Below are positions 9,944 through 19,406 of a DNA stretch of 64,000 nucleotides, one piece after another. The first letter of the stretch is position 1. Every line of letters starts with the position of its first letter. Position numbers and translations under genes: made by a program. Source of the stretch: Candidatus Obscuribacteraceae bacterium (GTDB lineage: Bacteria; Cyanobacteriota; Vampirovibrionia; Obscuribacterales; Obscuribacteraceae); contig JBGAHS010000003.1 in the NCBI GenBank assembly GCA_044226015.1, positions 448,001-512,000 of the forward strand. Direction: 5' to 3'. The notes below the pieces were generated by a model, which saw nothing but the letters and a program-made list of their open reading frames with translations, did no database searches and was not told the DNA's origin.

Positions 9944-11374
9944 ATGAGAAGGCAGCAGAGAGCTGACAACCAGGTGACCCAGAGCATCCTCTCCAATTCA
10001 AAAGGGTCCGACTCAAATGAGTCCCAATGCGAGCCAACGCTTCGCGCAGCCCTGACTCAGCACCTCAATTTAGAGAAAGCATCATTTCACACTCCTGGTC
10101 ATAAAGGCAGAGCCTCGCTCGACATCGCCAATGTTTTTGCTTTAGACCTAACAGAACTGCCAGGGCTCGATGAGCTTGCAGAGCCAGACGGATGCCTGAA
10201 AAATCTCCAGACTCAAATTTCAAAAACCTGGAAAAGTCGTCAGAGTTTTTTGTCTATAAACGGCGCTTCGGCGGCTCTCACTGCGGCTATCATAAGCGTT
10301 GCAAAACAGAATAAGAAAACAAAGCTTTTGCTACCACGCAATGCGCATCGCTCAGCTCTGAGCGCACTCATTCTTGGCGGACTTGAGCCAGTGTGGTACG
10401 ACTCTGTTTTCGACACAGAATGGCAAACCTGGTCAAAGACAGAACCGTCTAATTTCGAGCGCATGTTGATTTTGAACAAAGAAGCACTTGCTGCCGTGCT
10501 CGTATGCTCTCCCAGCTATGCTGGATTTTGCTCAGACCTGGAAGAGCTTGCGGCAATTTGCAAAGCACACGGCGTACCGCTAATTGTCGACGAGGCGCAT
10601 GGTGCTCACTTTTTCGAGGACCTGGGATTGCCCACGTCAGCTATCGAAGCCAGAGCAGAAATAGTTATTCATTCACTGCACAAAACTCTTGGAGCACCCA
10701 CACAGACAGGGGTTCTACACCTGACAGAAGACTGTGCAATTGAAGCCGAGTATTTTCAAAGCGCTCTGAACTTATTGCAGAGTTCAAGCCCGAACTACCT
10801 ATTAATGCTTGGTATTGAAACCGCTATTCAAAACGTAAAGGACAAAGTCGCATCGACTTTGCAAATTGCACGGCAGCTGCACAACAAATTAAAATCGCTA
10901 GCACAGATCAGCCTGGCACCTGGCGCAGACCCGCTTCATACGCTCATCAAAGTAAAAGGCATGAGCGCAAAAGAGCTATCAATTTATTTGATCAGCAAAG
11001 GTATTTTTCCTGAGACCATCCTGGGTTCAGGCGTTTTATTGCTTCTCGGAGTTGGCAGCACGGAAGCTGACATAGACTACCTCTACCAGGTGTTGAGCAG
11101 CCTTAAAGAAAGCACTGACAAGCCAGAACAGCCTGCCCAAATACCTGAAGCAGAGCAGATTATTTCGCCACGCGACGCATTTTTTGCAGAGTCGGAACTT
11201 ATAAGTCCGGACGACGCCATACATAGAATTTCGTCCGAATGGATCGCCCCATGCCCTCCGGGTTACGCAATCATCGCCCCAGGACAGAAACTGGAGGCAA
11301 AACATGTCAATTTTTTAGGCAATCGCAAACTTGTACAAGTAGTTAAAAACTGTCCCTCTTTAAGGAGAAAGTGA
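9944..11374 (+). CDS. Orn/Lys/Arg decarboxylase family PLP enzyme
   Basis: FHTPGHKG, DLTELPGLD, VDEAHGAH, HSLHKT (PLP lysine), PCPPG; start uncertain. Confidence 0.9.
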   Translation: MRRQQRADNQVTQSILSNSKGSDSNESQCEPTLRAALTQHLNLEKASFHTPGHKGRASLDIANVFALDLTELPGLDELAEPDGCLKNLQTQISKTWKSRQSFLSINGASAALTAAIISVAKQNKKTKLLLPRNAHRSALSALILGGLEPVWYDSVFDTEWQTWSKTEPSNFERMLILNKEALAAVLVCSPSYAGFCSDLEELAAICKAHGVPLIVDEAHGAHFFEDLGLPTSAIEARAEIVIHSLHKTLGAPTQTGVLHLTEDCAIEAEYFQSALNLLQSSSPNYLLMLGIETAIQNVKDKVASTLQIARQLHNKLKSLAQISLAPGADPLHTLIKVKGMSAKELSIYLISKGIFPETILGSGVLLLLGVGSTEADIDYLYQVLSSLKESTDKPEQPAQIPEAEQIISPRDAFFAESELISPDDAIHRISSEWIAPCPPGYAIIAPGQKLEAKHVNFLGNRKLVQVVKNCPSLRRK

Positions 11375-12978
11375 TGGATCACCTACCACCAGCAGACGAT
11401 GTAAGCTCAATGTTAGCCATTCTGCCTACCCAAGTTAGGACAAAGCTAGAAACTGACTCTAAAGCACTCATCGAAATTGTGTTGGACCTGGGACGAAAAC
11501 CTGAAGCGCGTTATTTCGACAACAGCCGATGCGCCATTGTCGATCAATCAATCACACAAGCCGACCTGGACTTTGCGATTGAGCGCATTGGAACATTCTC
11601 TGGTGATAACAGAGCTGGCATCGAAAGAACACTTCACAGAATTTCTTGTATCAGAAATAGAACAGGAAAGGTAATTGGACTGACATGCAGAATTGGTCGC
11701 GCAATCTCCGGAACCATAGACATCATCCGTGACTTAGTAGAGTCGGGCAAATCCATCCTCTTCCTGGGACCACCCGGAGTAGGCAAGACTACAAAATTGC
11801 GCGAAATTACACGCGTACTTTCAGATGAGCTCGGCAAACGGGTTATAGTTATCGATACCTCAAACGAAATCGCTGGTGATGGTGACATTCCTCATGCAGC
11901 CATTGGCGGAGCTCGACGCATGCAGGTCGCACATCCAGACTTACAGCACGCCGTCATGATTGAAGCTGTTGAAAATCACACACCTGAAGTCATCGTCATC
12001 GACGAAATCGGAACCGAGCAAGAAGCCTCCGCAGCCCGAACAATTGCAGAACGCGGAGTTCAGTTAATTGGTACAGCGCACGGAAATGCCCTTGAGAATT
12101 TGCTAAAAAATCCAACCCTGGTAGATTTGATTGGAGGCATCCAAACCGTAACTCTGGGTGACGACGAGGCTCGCAGACGCGGAACACAAAAGACGGTTTT
12201 GGAACGTTCTGCTCAACCAACATTTGAAATCTGCGTCGAAATCATCGACAGACAGACACTTGCAATACATAAGAACGTTGCGGAATCGGTTGACCAGCTC
12301 TTGCGCGGCTGGAAGATTCATCCCGAAATTCGCAGACGTGATGAAAACACGGGTTCATTCGCTGTGCTTCGACCAGAAACAAAGGTCATCAGCAACGTCA
12401 ATGTTGTCGAACCAAATTCCGATCAAGAAGCCTGGGCACAGCAAGCTAGCTACGACAAAGAGACCTACCTCAAAATTTATCCTTATGCCGTAAGCAAAGG
12501 CTTGCTTGAGCGTGTTATCAAAACCCTCAATCTGCCAGCAGAAGTAGTGAAGACTCTGGATGAAGCGGATGCCATTCTCGCACTGAGAAGCTATGCACGC
12601 GCGGGCGCCAAAATTTATTCACTCGCTGAAGCAAAGCAAATTCCTGTTTATGTGGTAAAGAGCAACAATATGCCGCAAATCCAAAAGGCATTGCGAGAAG
12701 CCCTGCACCTGGACACCGAAATCTTCTCATTAGCCGACACGGCAGGAGCAGACATTGTCGATGAAACAGAAATAGCATTGGAAGAAGCCAGACAAGCTAT
12801 AACCATGGTCATCAATCGCATGGAACCAATTGAACTGGCGCCACGCAAAGCGTACATACGCAGACTGCAACATCAGCTTGTTGAGAGATTCAACCTCTCC
12901 AGTCGCAGCATCGGCGATGAGCCAATGCGACGCTTACGAATTTTGCCGCCACCACAAAGCAATGTGCAATACATGTAA
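11371..12978 (+). CDS. ycf45: Ycf45/SpoIIIAA-like AAA ATPase with C-terminal R3H domain
   Basis: GPPGVGKTT Walker A, IDEIG Walker B, DTSNEIAGDGD, RRLQH R3H motif. Confidence 0.9.
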   Translation: MMDHLPPADDVSSMLAILPTQVRTKLETDSKALIEIVLDLGRKPEARYFDNSRCAIVDQSITQADLDFAIERIGTFSGDNRAGIERTLHRISCIRNRTGKVIGLTCRIGRAISGTIDIIRDLVESGKSILFLGPPGVGKTTKLREITRVLSDELGKRVIVIDTSNEIAGDGDIPHAAIGGARRMQVAHPDLQHAVMIEAVENHTPEVIVIDEIGTEQEASAARTIAERGVQLIGTAHGNALENLLKNPTLVDLIGGIQTVTLGDDEARRRGTQKTVLERSAQPTFEICVEIIDRQTLAIHKNVAESVDQLLRGWKIHPEIRRRDENTGSFAVLRPETKVISNVNVVEPNSDQEAWAQQASYDKETYLKIYPYAVSKGLLERVIKTLNLPAEVVKTLDEADAILALRSYARAGAKIYSLAEAKQIPVYVVKSNNMPQIQKALREALHLDTEIFSLADTAGADIVDETEIALEEARQAITMVINRMEPIELAPRKAYIRRLQHQLVERFNLSSRSIGDEPMRRLRILPPPQSNVQYM

Positions 12979-13003
12979 GTTGCGCTGAATCTAACTAGAA
13001 AAC

Positions 13004-13033
13004 AAAAAAGGAAGCGTTTTCACGCTTCCTTTT
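13004..13033. terminator. Bidirectional intrinsic terminator
   Basis: aaaaggaagcg/cgcttcctttt inverted repeat between convergent genes. Confidence 0.75.
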
Positions 13034-13121
13034 CATTTACAATTGCTTGCTGCTTGCTCATTTCCGGCTACTCGGCTGAAAGCGCCAGCATTCTGATGGC
13101 TTCGACGAGTCTTCCGACAAT

Positions 13122-13502
13122 CTAAGCCATTCGGGTGTTCAAACGATCATGCGTCGCTTGAGCAGTCATAACTGCCTTGATTTTGGCTTCGATGCTAGCG
13201 ATATATGCTTTCACAGATTCAGCCGCCGTCTCATTGTTCGCAATTGCTTCACGCTTGCCTTCAGGAGGCAGCTTCAAGAGAGCTTCTGTCTTTTCCTGGA
13301 ATCCTTTGGGATTTTCGGCCATGCTCATCCAATCTTTAGTTGGTCCATTCTTAGCCTCAGCAGCAGCTCTTGTTGCATCAACACTGCCAACAGAAACACT
13401 ATCTCTTTGATCAAAATGTACATCTTCACGCAATCGACCTACATTTTTTTCGCCTGCATCAGGTTGCCGGCTTTCGCCCGGTTGCTGAAATTCATTACCC
13501 AT
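13122..13502 (-). CDS. Hypothetical protein (126 aa)
   Basis: Hydrophilic, helical-looking ORF starting MGNEFQ. Confidence 0.6.
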   Translation of the reverse strand: MGNEFQQPGESRQPDAGEKNVGRLREDVHFDQRDSVSVGSVDATRAAAEAKNGPTKDWMSMAENPKGFQEKTEALLKLPPEGKREAIANNETAAESVKAYIASIEAKIKAVMTAQATHDRLNTRMA

Positions 13503-13695
13503 TGTCCTAGTCCCCGCCTTAAAAAAGAAACTGTCGTTCAGTTTATTGCCAAACCATTTGCCATTAAACGAGAGCAACCAAAAATATAACTGGAACAGAC
13601 CCAAATCTGGCTTCGGATGCCTGTTTCAATTGAACATTGATTGACATCGTTGATGGTAAGCCAGGCCAATACAAGATTCAATTCAACGCATCTCA

Positions 13696-14949
13696 TTATT
13701 GACGCTTTTTGGGGGGAGGACCACCACTGAATGGGCTGTCCTCATCAGGGTTTCCAAGAGGATTGTAGCGTTGATATGTTCCTGAAACGCTTTGACTATC
13801 AACCGGTTTAGGCACTTCAGGCTGAACTTGCGCGGGCTTGTCCGGCGGATGGTTCTTTTCGCTTAAGTCCGCCTTATTTGCCCTTAGTGGCGGCTGAGAT
13901 GAAACAGCGTTAGTGGAACCTGTAGTCTCTTTGCTCCCCTCTGCCAGCGCTTTGGCAAGAGCCTCCATTTGGCGTCGGCGTGTCATTATGGAAAGAGGCA
14001 CATCAAAGCTTTCATCATCTGCCTCTTCGGGTGAGACAAATTTTGCTCCCTCCGTGTCGCTGGAATCAAGCAAATCAGAGAGCGGGTCGCGCGGAGAGTC
14101 TGCCTGCTGAGGCTGAGCATTGCCTGTGGGGGCTTCAAGACTATTAGTTCTGGAGTTTAGAGGGGAAGAGTTCGGCACCACCGGCGGTTCACCGAACAAT
14201 GGCGAGCGCCTGCTGGGCTCCGCCGGCTGTGAGCTGACAGACGGCTTGATCTCAGGTGTGGGTGCGACACTTTGATCAAAAGGTTGGGGAGCCGACGGTC
14301 TTGTTGTACCTGGAATAAATGCCGCGGCTCCAGGAGCAAGAGGGGGGCTTTCCCGACCTGAAACTGGCGCACTCTGAGAGAATTCACCAAATGCCTGCCC
14401 ATCTGCTTGCGCAAACCCAGATTCAAATGATGTTGCTGCGGCATTTTTGAATTCGCCAAGCCGCGGTGAAATCGCGAAGGTCTTTTTTGCAATTTGCTCC
14501 AGCTCATCGTCCTCTGCAAAGTCGTTCTCAGGCGCATCCTCAATTGAGTCCGCGTCGGACCCACTGCCAGCAGCACCACCATCAGCGGTGACTTCCATGG
14601 AAAACTTGATAGCAGCAGAGGGTAAACCTTCAGCAAAATCGGCAGCGGACTCAGGCTCGGCGGAGTCCAGCTCATCACTGTAGCTGGTAAGAGACTCGGC
14701 CACGATTGCACGCAACTGTGCGTGCAAAACCTTTAACTCATTTTTGATTGGCTCAAGATCCGGCCCGGCAGAGCCAGTCATATCAGTTGGACTCGGTTGA
14801 ACATTTGGACTTGCTTCAATGCCGAGAGCTATGAGTAATTGCTGCCGAACAAAAAGCCCCATCGATTTTGCACCGGCTTCCCTTGCCAATTTCTGGACAA
14901 GGAGAAATTGATCCGGCTTCAAGGTTATGATGATCTGGTGTTCGCGCAT
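13696..14949 (-). CDS. Hypothetical protein: N-terminal ribbon-helix-helix-like segment plus long acidic/Pro-Ser-rich disordered region
   Basis: HQIIITLKPDQF...SMGLFVRQQLL resembles the RHH pattern; remainder is low complexity. Confidence 0.7.
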   Translation of the reverse strand: MREHQIIITLKPDQFLLVQKLAREAGAKSMGLFVRQQLLIALGIEASPNVQPSPTDMTGSAGPDLEPIKNELKVLHAQLRAIVAESLTSYSDELDSAEPESAADFAEGLPSAAIKFSMEVTADGGAAGSGSDADSIEDAPENDFAEDDELEQIAKKTFAISPRLGEFKNAAATSFESGFAQADGQAFGEFSQSAPVSGRESPPLAPGAAAFIPGTTRPSAPQPFDQSVAPTPEIKPSVSSQPAEPSRRSPLFGEPPVVPNSSPLNSRTNSLEAPTGNAQPQQADSPRDPLSDLLDSSDTEGAKFVSPEEADDESFDVPLSIMTRRRQMEALAKALAEGSKETTGSTNAVSSQPPLRANKADLSEKNHPPDKPAQVQPEVPKPVDSQSVSGTYQRYNPLGNPDEDSPFSGGPPPKKRQ

Positions 14950-14960
14950 CGATAAGTGGA

Positions 14961-15899
14961 TTATGTCTCAGACGACTTGAGCGCTTCAAAAATTTTCTCA
15001 CTGGCTAACTTGAATCGCTCAGCCAACGTTTTCAATTCTTCCGCTTTATCCATCTTAGCTAATTCCACCTCTGGCGGGCTAGCCTCTAACCAGCTTGCAC
15101 ATTCCTCGATCATATCGACTAGTTTTGGCAGTTCTTTGTTCAGCATTTTGTTAGCACGTTTTGTCATCGATGCTGAGCTTACTGTGCCACCATCTTTTTT
15201 CAAAGCTTGCTTGATTTGCTTTTCTGTAGCTTTGTCCAGAGGCACACGCTCCTCGGAAGGTTCACCCTCATTTACCAGTGGAACACCCTGCACCAAAAAC
15301 TCTTCCACCAATTCATCTTTCAATGGCAAAAGCGCCATAAGATGCCTGTGACCGAGGTTCAACATCACCTCATAGGGGTCAGATTTATCGGTTTCAACAG
15401 CTGGTCTTTCAGCGAACCTTTCCGCCAAACGAGCCATCCTAATAAGACGATACGCATACGTCGCGCTCATCTGGTGCTCATTTCTGCAGTACTCCTCGAA
15501 ACTGGGATACTGCTTCAAATAAATTTCTGCATGCTGAATTTTAGCAAGACGCAGACCCTGAGCGACCAGACCTATCGCTGCGAATCGCCCAGCAATTCGA
15601 ATCTCGTCAGTAAGCGCCGTGTAATCATCGGTATTGGGGCGCAAGTCCTCAATCGATACACTGGTGTGAAATAAATCTGGTGCGCTAGATGGCGTTTCGC
15701 GCAGTGCAATCTCAACGCTAGAACTCTCGCGAATCTCATCAGCGCCTTCTTGATGTTCGGCGCCTTCTACTTCTTGCGCTTCCACATCCAATACGGGTCC
15801 AGACTCAGGAGCGGCATTTCCATCCTCTTGCTCTCTCTGAAGGCGCTTTTCCTTCAGTCTGGCTATCAAAGTTGCTCCCGGCGGCGGTTTCTTCTTCAT
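14961..15899 (-). CDS. DUF3102/CT583-like helical DNA-binding protein
   Basis: GLRLAKIQHAEIYLKQYPSFEEYCRNEHQMSATYAYRLI resembles the signature of these families. Confidence 0.6.
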   Translation of the reverse strand: MKKKPPPGATLIARLKEKRLQREQEDGNAAPESGPVLDVEAQEVEGAEHQEGADEIRESSSVEIALRETPSSAPDLFHTSVSIEDLRPNTDDYTALTDEIRIAGRFAAIGLVAQGLRLAKIQHAEIYLKQYPSFEEYCRNEHQMSATYAYRLIRMARLAERFAERPAVETDKSDPYEVMLNLGHRHLMALLPLKDELVEEFLVQGVPLVNEGEPSEERVPLDKATEKQIKQALKKDGGTVSSASMTKRANKMLNKELPKLVDMIEECASWLEASPPEVELAKMDKAEELKTLAERFKLASEKIFEALKSSET

Positions 15900-16286
15900 G
15901 ACACAGAATCCATTCTAGGCATCGAATGCATTGTATCATTGCCTGCGCAGGCTACAAGCTTGTTTTCAACGTCAGAACGCCTGCAAGCGCTGGAATTCGA
16001 AGAAAAAGCTATTTGCGCGCTAGCCACGCTATGTATGTCGCCGAGTGCTGGCACGGTTATCCGCGTACCCAATCATCTGCAATTAGCGCGAAAACGCTCT
16101 GAATTCAAGAATCAGGGCTTAGTGGCTGCAAGGGAAATTGCTTGTCATTAGATCGAGAAAAGCCTACTCTTTGGCATTCCCATTTCCCCCACTCTTTCAA
16201 AAACCAAACCAGCATCAAATCACAATGTTCGTTCTACCTTTCCAACTCTATGTAGCCAATCTGGGGCTACTAGAAAGGAGTGACCT

Positions 16287-16649
16287 ATGAAGATCCTAAT
16301 CCTGGAAGACGCCCTCATCGGAGAAGATGTGCGTCAAGAAGCTGAGAAACTCGGGCTGGAAGCCAAATGCTTTGTTGGTGTCAAATCCGTGGAAGGTACG
16401 AAACTTACGGGTTTCTGCCGCCAGGGACTGACACTTGAGGTCGTTGACCTCTGCGAATACGAGCTCGCCTTTGTCGATGGGTTCCTCTACATTGACGGCA
16501 TGATGGGCTGGGACGTGCTCCCTCACCTGCAGCCGCTGATGTATACGGTCGGAACCAGTTCTATGGGGGGCATCGGCGCCCACCACACGATCGACAAGGA
16601 AAACATGTCTGCTACTCTTCACAAGTTTGTGGGGGGAGAGCTGACCTGA
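16287..16649 (+). CDS. Atypical stand-alone receiver-domain protein
   Basis: MKILILED, LAFVD (phospho-Asp position), GMMGWDVL, GTSS, IDK; AAGGAG RBS. Confidence 0.65.
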   Translation: MKILILEDALIGEDVRQEAEKLGLEAKCFVGVKSVEGTKLTGFCRQGLTLEVVDLCEYELAFVDGFLYIDGMMGWDVLPHLQPLMYTVGTSSMGGIGAHHTIDKENMSATLHKFVGGELT

Positions 16650-16662
16650 TGAGCATTTTCCG

Positions 16663-16709
16663 ACAAGAAGGCTGACGCGTGTTCATACACCTCAGCCTTC
16701 TTGTTTTTT
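16663..16709 (+). terminator. Intrinsic terminator
   Basis: acaagaaggctga/tcagccttcttgt stem followed by a T run. Confidence 0.8.
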
Positions 16710-16761
16710 GCAGAATATTGCTACACGCAATAGTAGCAGTATTGTCTTTCCATACCGAGCT

Positions 16762-17150
16762 CCCACGCCTGCCTTTCCACTCACGGATCCCACGTTAACC
16801 CCGATGCAGACTAGAATCCATGCGCACCCACGCCCTGCCCTTCCACACGGATCCCACATTAACCCCCGAATGCCGGCTAGAAGCCTTGCGCACCCACGCC
16901 TGCCCTTTCACACGGATCCCACGTTGACCCCGATGCCGCTGCCTTTCCGCTCACGGATCCTTACGATGCCGGCTGAAAGCCCGCGCACCCAAGCCTGCCC
17001 TTCCACTCACGGATCCCACGTTAATCCCGATGCCGACTGGAAGCCCTGCGACCCACGCCTGCCCTTCCACGCGGATCACGTTAATCCCGATGCTGGCTGA
17101 AAGCCCGCGCACCCAAGCCTGCCCTTCCACACGGATCCCGCTGCCGGCTG
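16762..17150. repeat. Imperfect tandem repeat, 7 units of about 41-65 bp
   Basis: Core cggatc at 16784, 16848, 16913, 16954, 17010, 17072, 17132; approximate unit cacccacgcctgcccttccacacggatcccacgttaaccccgatgccggctgaaagcccgcg. Confidence 0.9.
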
Positions 17151-17607
17151 GATGCAAGCTGCAAAATGCAGCCTGGTTCCGTTCCGGCTGAGCCCACATA
17201 TATTTGATGTGTTTGAGCTGAGAGGCTAGCGCACCCTGCGCAAGGCTTCCCTATCGCAACTTATGTATTTCTTTCGTTTTCCCAAAAGCCAAGAACGTCA
17301 GGAAGAGCACCCATAAATAGGCTGAAAGCTAATGCTGATGTAAGGAGTTCATTTCTTTACAATCCTAGAACCCGAAGCATCGATTTATGTAGCTTTCACT
17401 TGTCTTCCGTTTTGTTTTTTTCCTGAGTTCCAACCCAACCTGAATCCCTGATCCACCAACCCAAACGAGCTAAACCTTCAGGCAAGTAATTGCTCGGGTG
17501 GTCAGTACAACAACTCGGAAGACAGTTTCTGGTCTCTCGAACGAGCGACTTTCACTGCCGCTAGCTTGCAGCTAGTGGACAAACCAACCATCGAAAGGTA
17601 GTCAAGC

Positions 17608-18018
17608 ATGCTTCGCTTTATCATCAACGCCGTCATCACCGCCGTCGTCTTCTGCTTCGTGTTCCCCGAAGTCAACAGCGGCATCCAGTTCCATGGTCCG
17701 TTCTGGCCCGAAGGCGTGATCTACGCCGGCATCTTCTCAATCGTCGCTTCCCTGGTCGGCCTCGCCATCGGCGCCGGCGCCACCCTGTTCACTGTCGCCA
17801 CTCGCGGCGTGGGTCTGCTGCTCGTCGTGCCGGCGCTGCTCTTGGGCTTCTGGCTCATTCCGGCGATTCAGCTCGAGGTCTTCGCTCACTACTTCCCGGC
17901 CCACTTCACCGTGGCGAGCTGGGGCTCTGCGGTCTGGGGCGGTCTGATCCTCATGCTGGTCAACGCCCTGACGGCGAACTGGACCCACCACTCGAACAGC
18001 GTGAAGACGAACGACTGA
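17608..18018 (+). CDS. Four-TM membrane protein resembling phage holin superfamily IV (YvlD-like)
   Basis: Four hydrophobic helices with GIQFHG and FTVASWGSA loop repeats typical of the family. Confidence 0.7.
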   Translation: MLRFIINAVITAVVFCFVFPEVNSGIQFHGPFWPEGVIYAGIFSIVASLVGLAIGAGATLFTVATRGVGLLLVVPALLLGFWLIPAIQLEVFAHYFPAHFTVASWGSAVWGGLILMLVNALTANWTHHSNSVKTND

Positions 18019-18028
18019 TTCGGCCTGA

Positions 18029-18132
18029 TAGGTTGAGATTCCGCACCATGCGGACTCAACCTATCTAGGTGCTAAGAACTGTGCTCGGGCTGGTGATAAG
18101 GTTCAAAACCTTCACCAGCCCGGGTGCTTTCT
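18029..18132 (+). terminator. Two tandem 3' hairpins, the second terminator-like
   Basis: ataggttgag/ctcaacctat and ctcgggctggtga/tcaccagcccggg followed by T-rich sequence. Confidence 0.65.
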
Positions 18133-18304
18133 TGCCTTTTTCGACCTTTTTCGACCTTTTTGAATCAACACTGCTTAGTCCTTCTCAGCAGTTCCATGGC
18201 TAGATTCTCAAAGAAACCGCTGCCAAGCTTGCGAGAATGATGTGAGCAATTTCAGCTCAACACGACCTCTTAGAACAAGATTAGCTAGTTCGGCAGAAAT
18301 TTGA

Positions 18305-18334
18305 TTGATTCAAGCAGCGTCAACACACTAGCTT
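18305..18334 (+). promoter_or_regulatory. Putative promoter TTGATT-N18-TAGCTT
   Basis: 18-bp spacing; followed by a G-poor leader upstream of the adk paralogue. Confidence 0.55.
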
Positions 18335-18475
18335 TAGTTGTCTCTTTTCCCCCCATTCCGACCGTTCTCCTCCCGCAACAACAAAGCCTTCGCCAGCCAC
18401 CTAAGCCATCGGACATGTCCGCGGGAACGGCTCACCAATTTTTATGCCAGCCACGAGCTGGAATGGAGCAAAACT

Positions 18476-19216
18476 ATGAATTCAGTTCTCAACTTCCTGC
18501 GGGAGGTTTGGATTCGCATTGCCCGAGTGATTTTCTGGAAGCGCAACGAATCTCGCTACATCGTTCTTCTCGGCGCCCCTGGGGCTGGGAAGGGCACTAT
18601 CGCGGGAATGCTGAAAGAAAAGCTGGGACTTCCTCAACTGCAAACTGGTCAGCTCATCAGAGCTGAGATTGAGAGCGGAAGCCCGTTAGGGAAATCGCTT
18701 GCTCCCCTGGTCGCCTCGGGAGCCTACATCTCCGACAAAATCATCATCAGACTATTTCAGAAAGAACTACAGAAGCCTGAGTACGTGAACGGAGCCATCC
18801 TCGACGGCATTCCACGCACCGTTATTCAGGCAAGAGCACTTCGGCGAAAGCTGCTTTTCTGGGGCAACAAGGTGAATCGCGTGATTCTGCTTGATGTACC
18901 AGAGGAAGACGTTGTTGAACGTATTCTCTTGCGTCGAACATGCTCCAACAAGAATTGCGGCGCCAGTTTCCACATGAAATTCGCGCCGCCATCGAAGGAG
19001 GACACTTGCGACCACTGTGGGTCTTCTTTGAAGAAACGCAGTGACGACAACGAAACCACCATTCGAGAGCGCATGAGGGTCTTCAAATTAAGCTCTGGTC
19101 CTGTGTGCGAATTTTACAGGAAGAGCAAGCTTTTGACGGTGGTCAAAACCAGCAACCAACGCAGTCCTGAAGAAGTTCTTCGTGACGTGATCTTCACGAT
19201 CGAAGAATTCGACTGA
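18476..19216 (+). CDS. adk: Adenylate kinase family protein with Zn-binding LID and N-terminal extension
   Basis: LLGAPGAGKGT P-loop, LDGIPRT, CSNKNC...CDHC LID, RSDD; GGAG RBS. Confidence 0.85.
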   Translation: MNSVLNFLREVWIRIARVIFWKRNESRYIVLLGAPGAGKGTIAGMLKEKLGLPQLQTGQLIRAEIESGSPLGKSLAPLVASGAYISDKIIIRLFQKELQKPEYVNGAILDGIPRTVIQARALRRKLLFWGNKVNRVILLDVPEEDVVERILLRRTCSNKNCGASFHMKFAPPSKEDTCDHCGSSLKKRSDDNETTIRERMRVFKLSSGPVCEFYRKSKLLTVVKTSNQRSPEEVLRDVIFTIEEFD

Positions 19217-19240
19217 GTTTACTGTTTGCGGCGCAAGCAG

Positions 19241-19280
19241 GGCAAAGTGATAGACCCAAAATCTATCACTTTGCTTTTTT
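19241..19280 (+). terminator. Intrinsic terminator
   Basis: ggcaaagtgataga/tctatcactttgct followed by a T run. Confidence 0.8.
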
Positions 19281-19406
19281 CGCCCATCCTACTACCGGCA
19301 ATCGTAAGAATTCCGCAAGGCATAGAGGCGTAGCGTGGCAATCAAGGTTAGCAAGAATGCTCATACGTGGAAAATAAGATATAGAAAGGCTTACAGGGTC
19401 TGATAA

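Noticed and set aside
16708..17199. CRISPR array or repeat-protein reading of the tandem repeat
   Set aside because: No unique spacers and no adjacent cas genes; indels shift the frame between units, so the ORFs are probably spurious.
18136..18161. 10-bp direct duplication tttttcgacc
   Set aside because: Short slippage-type duplication in a terminator tail with no evidence of function.
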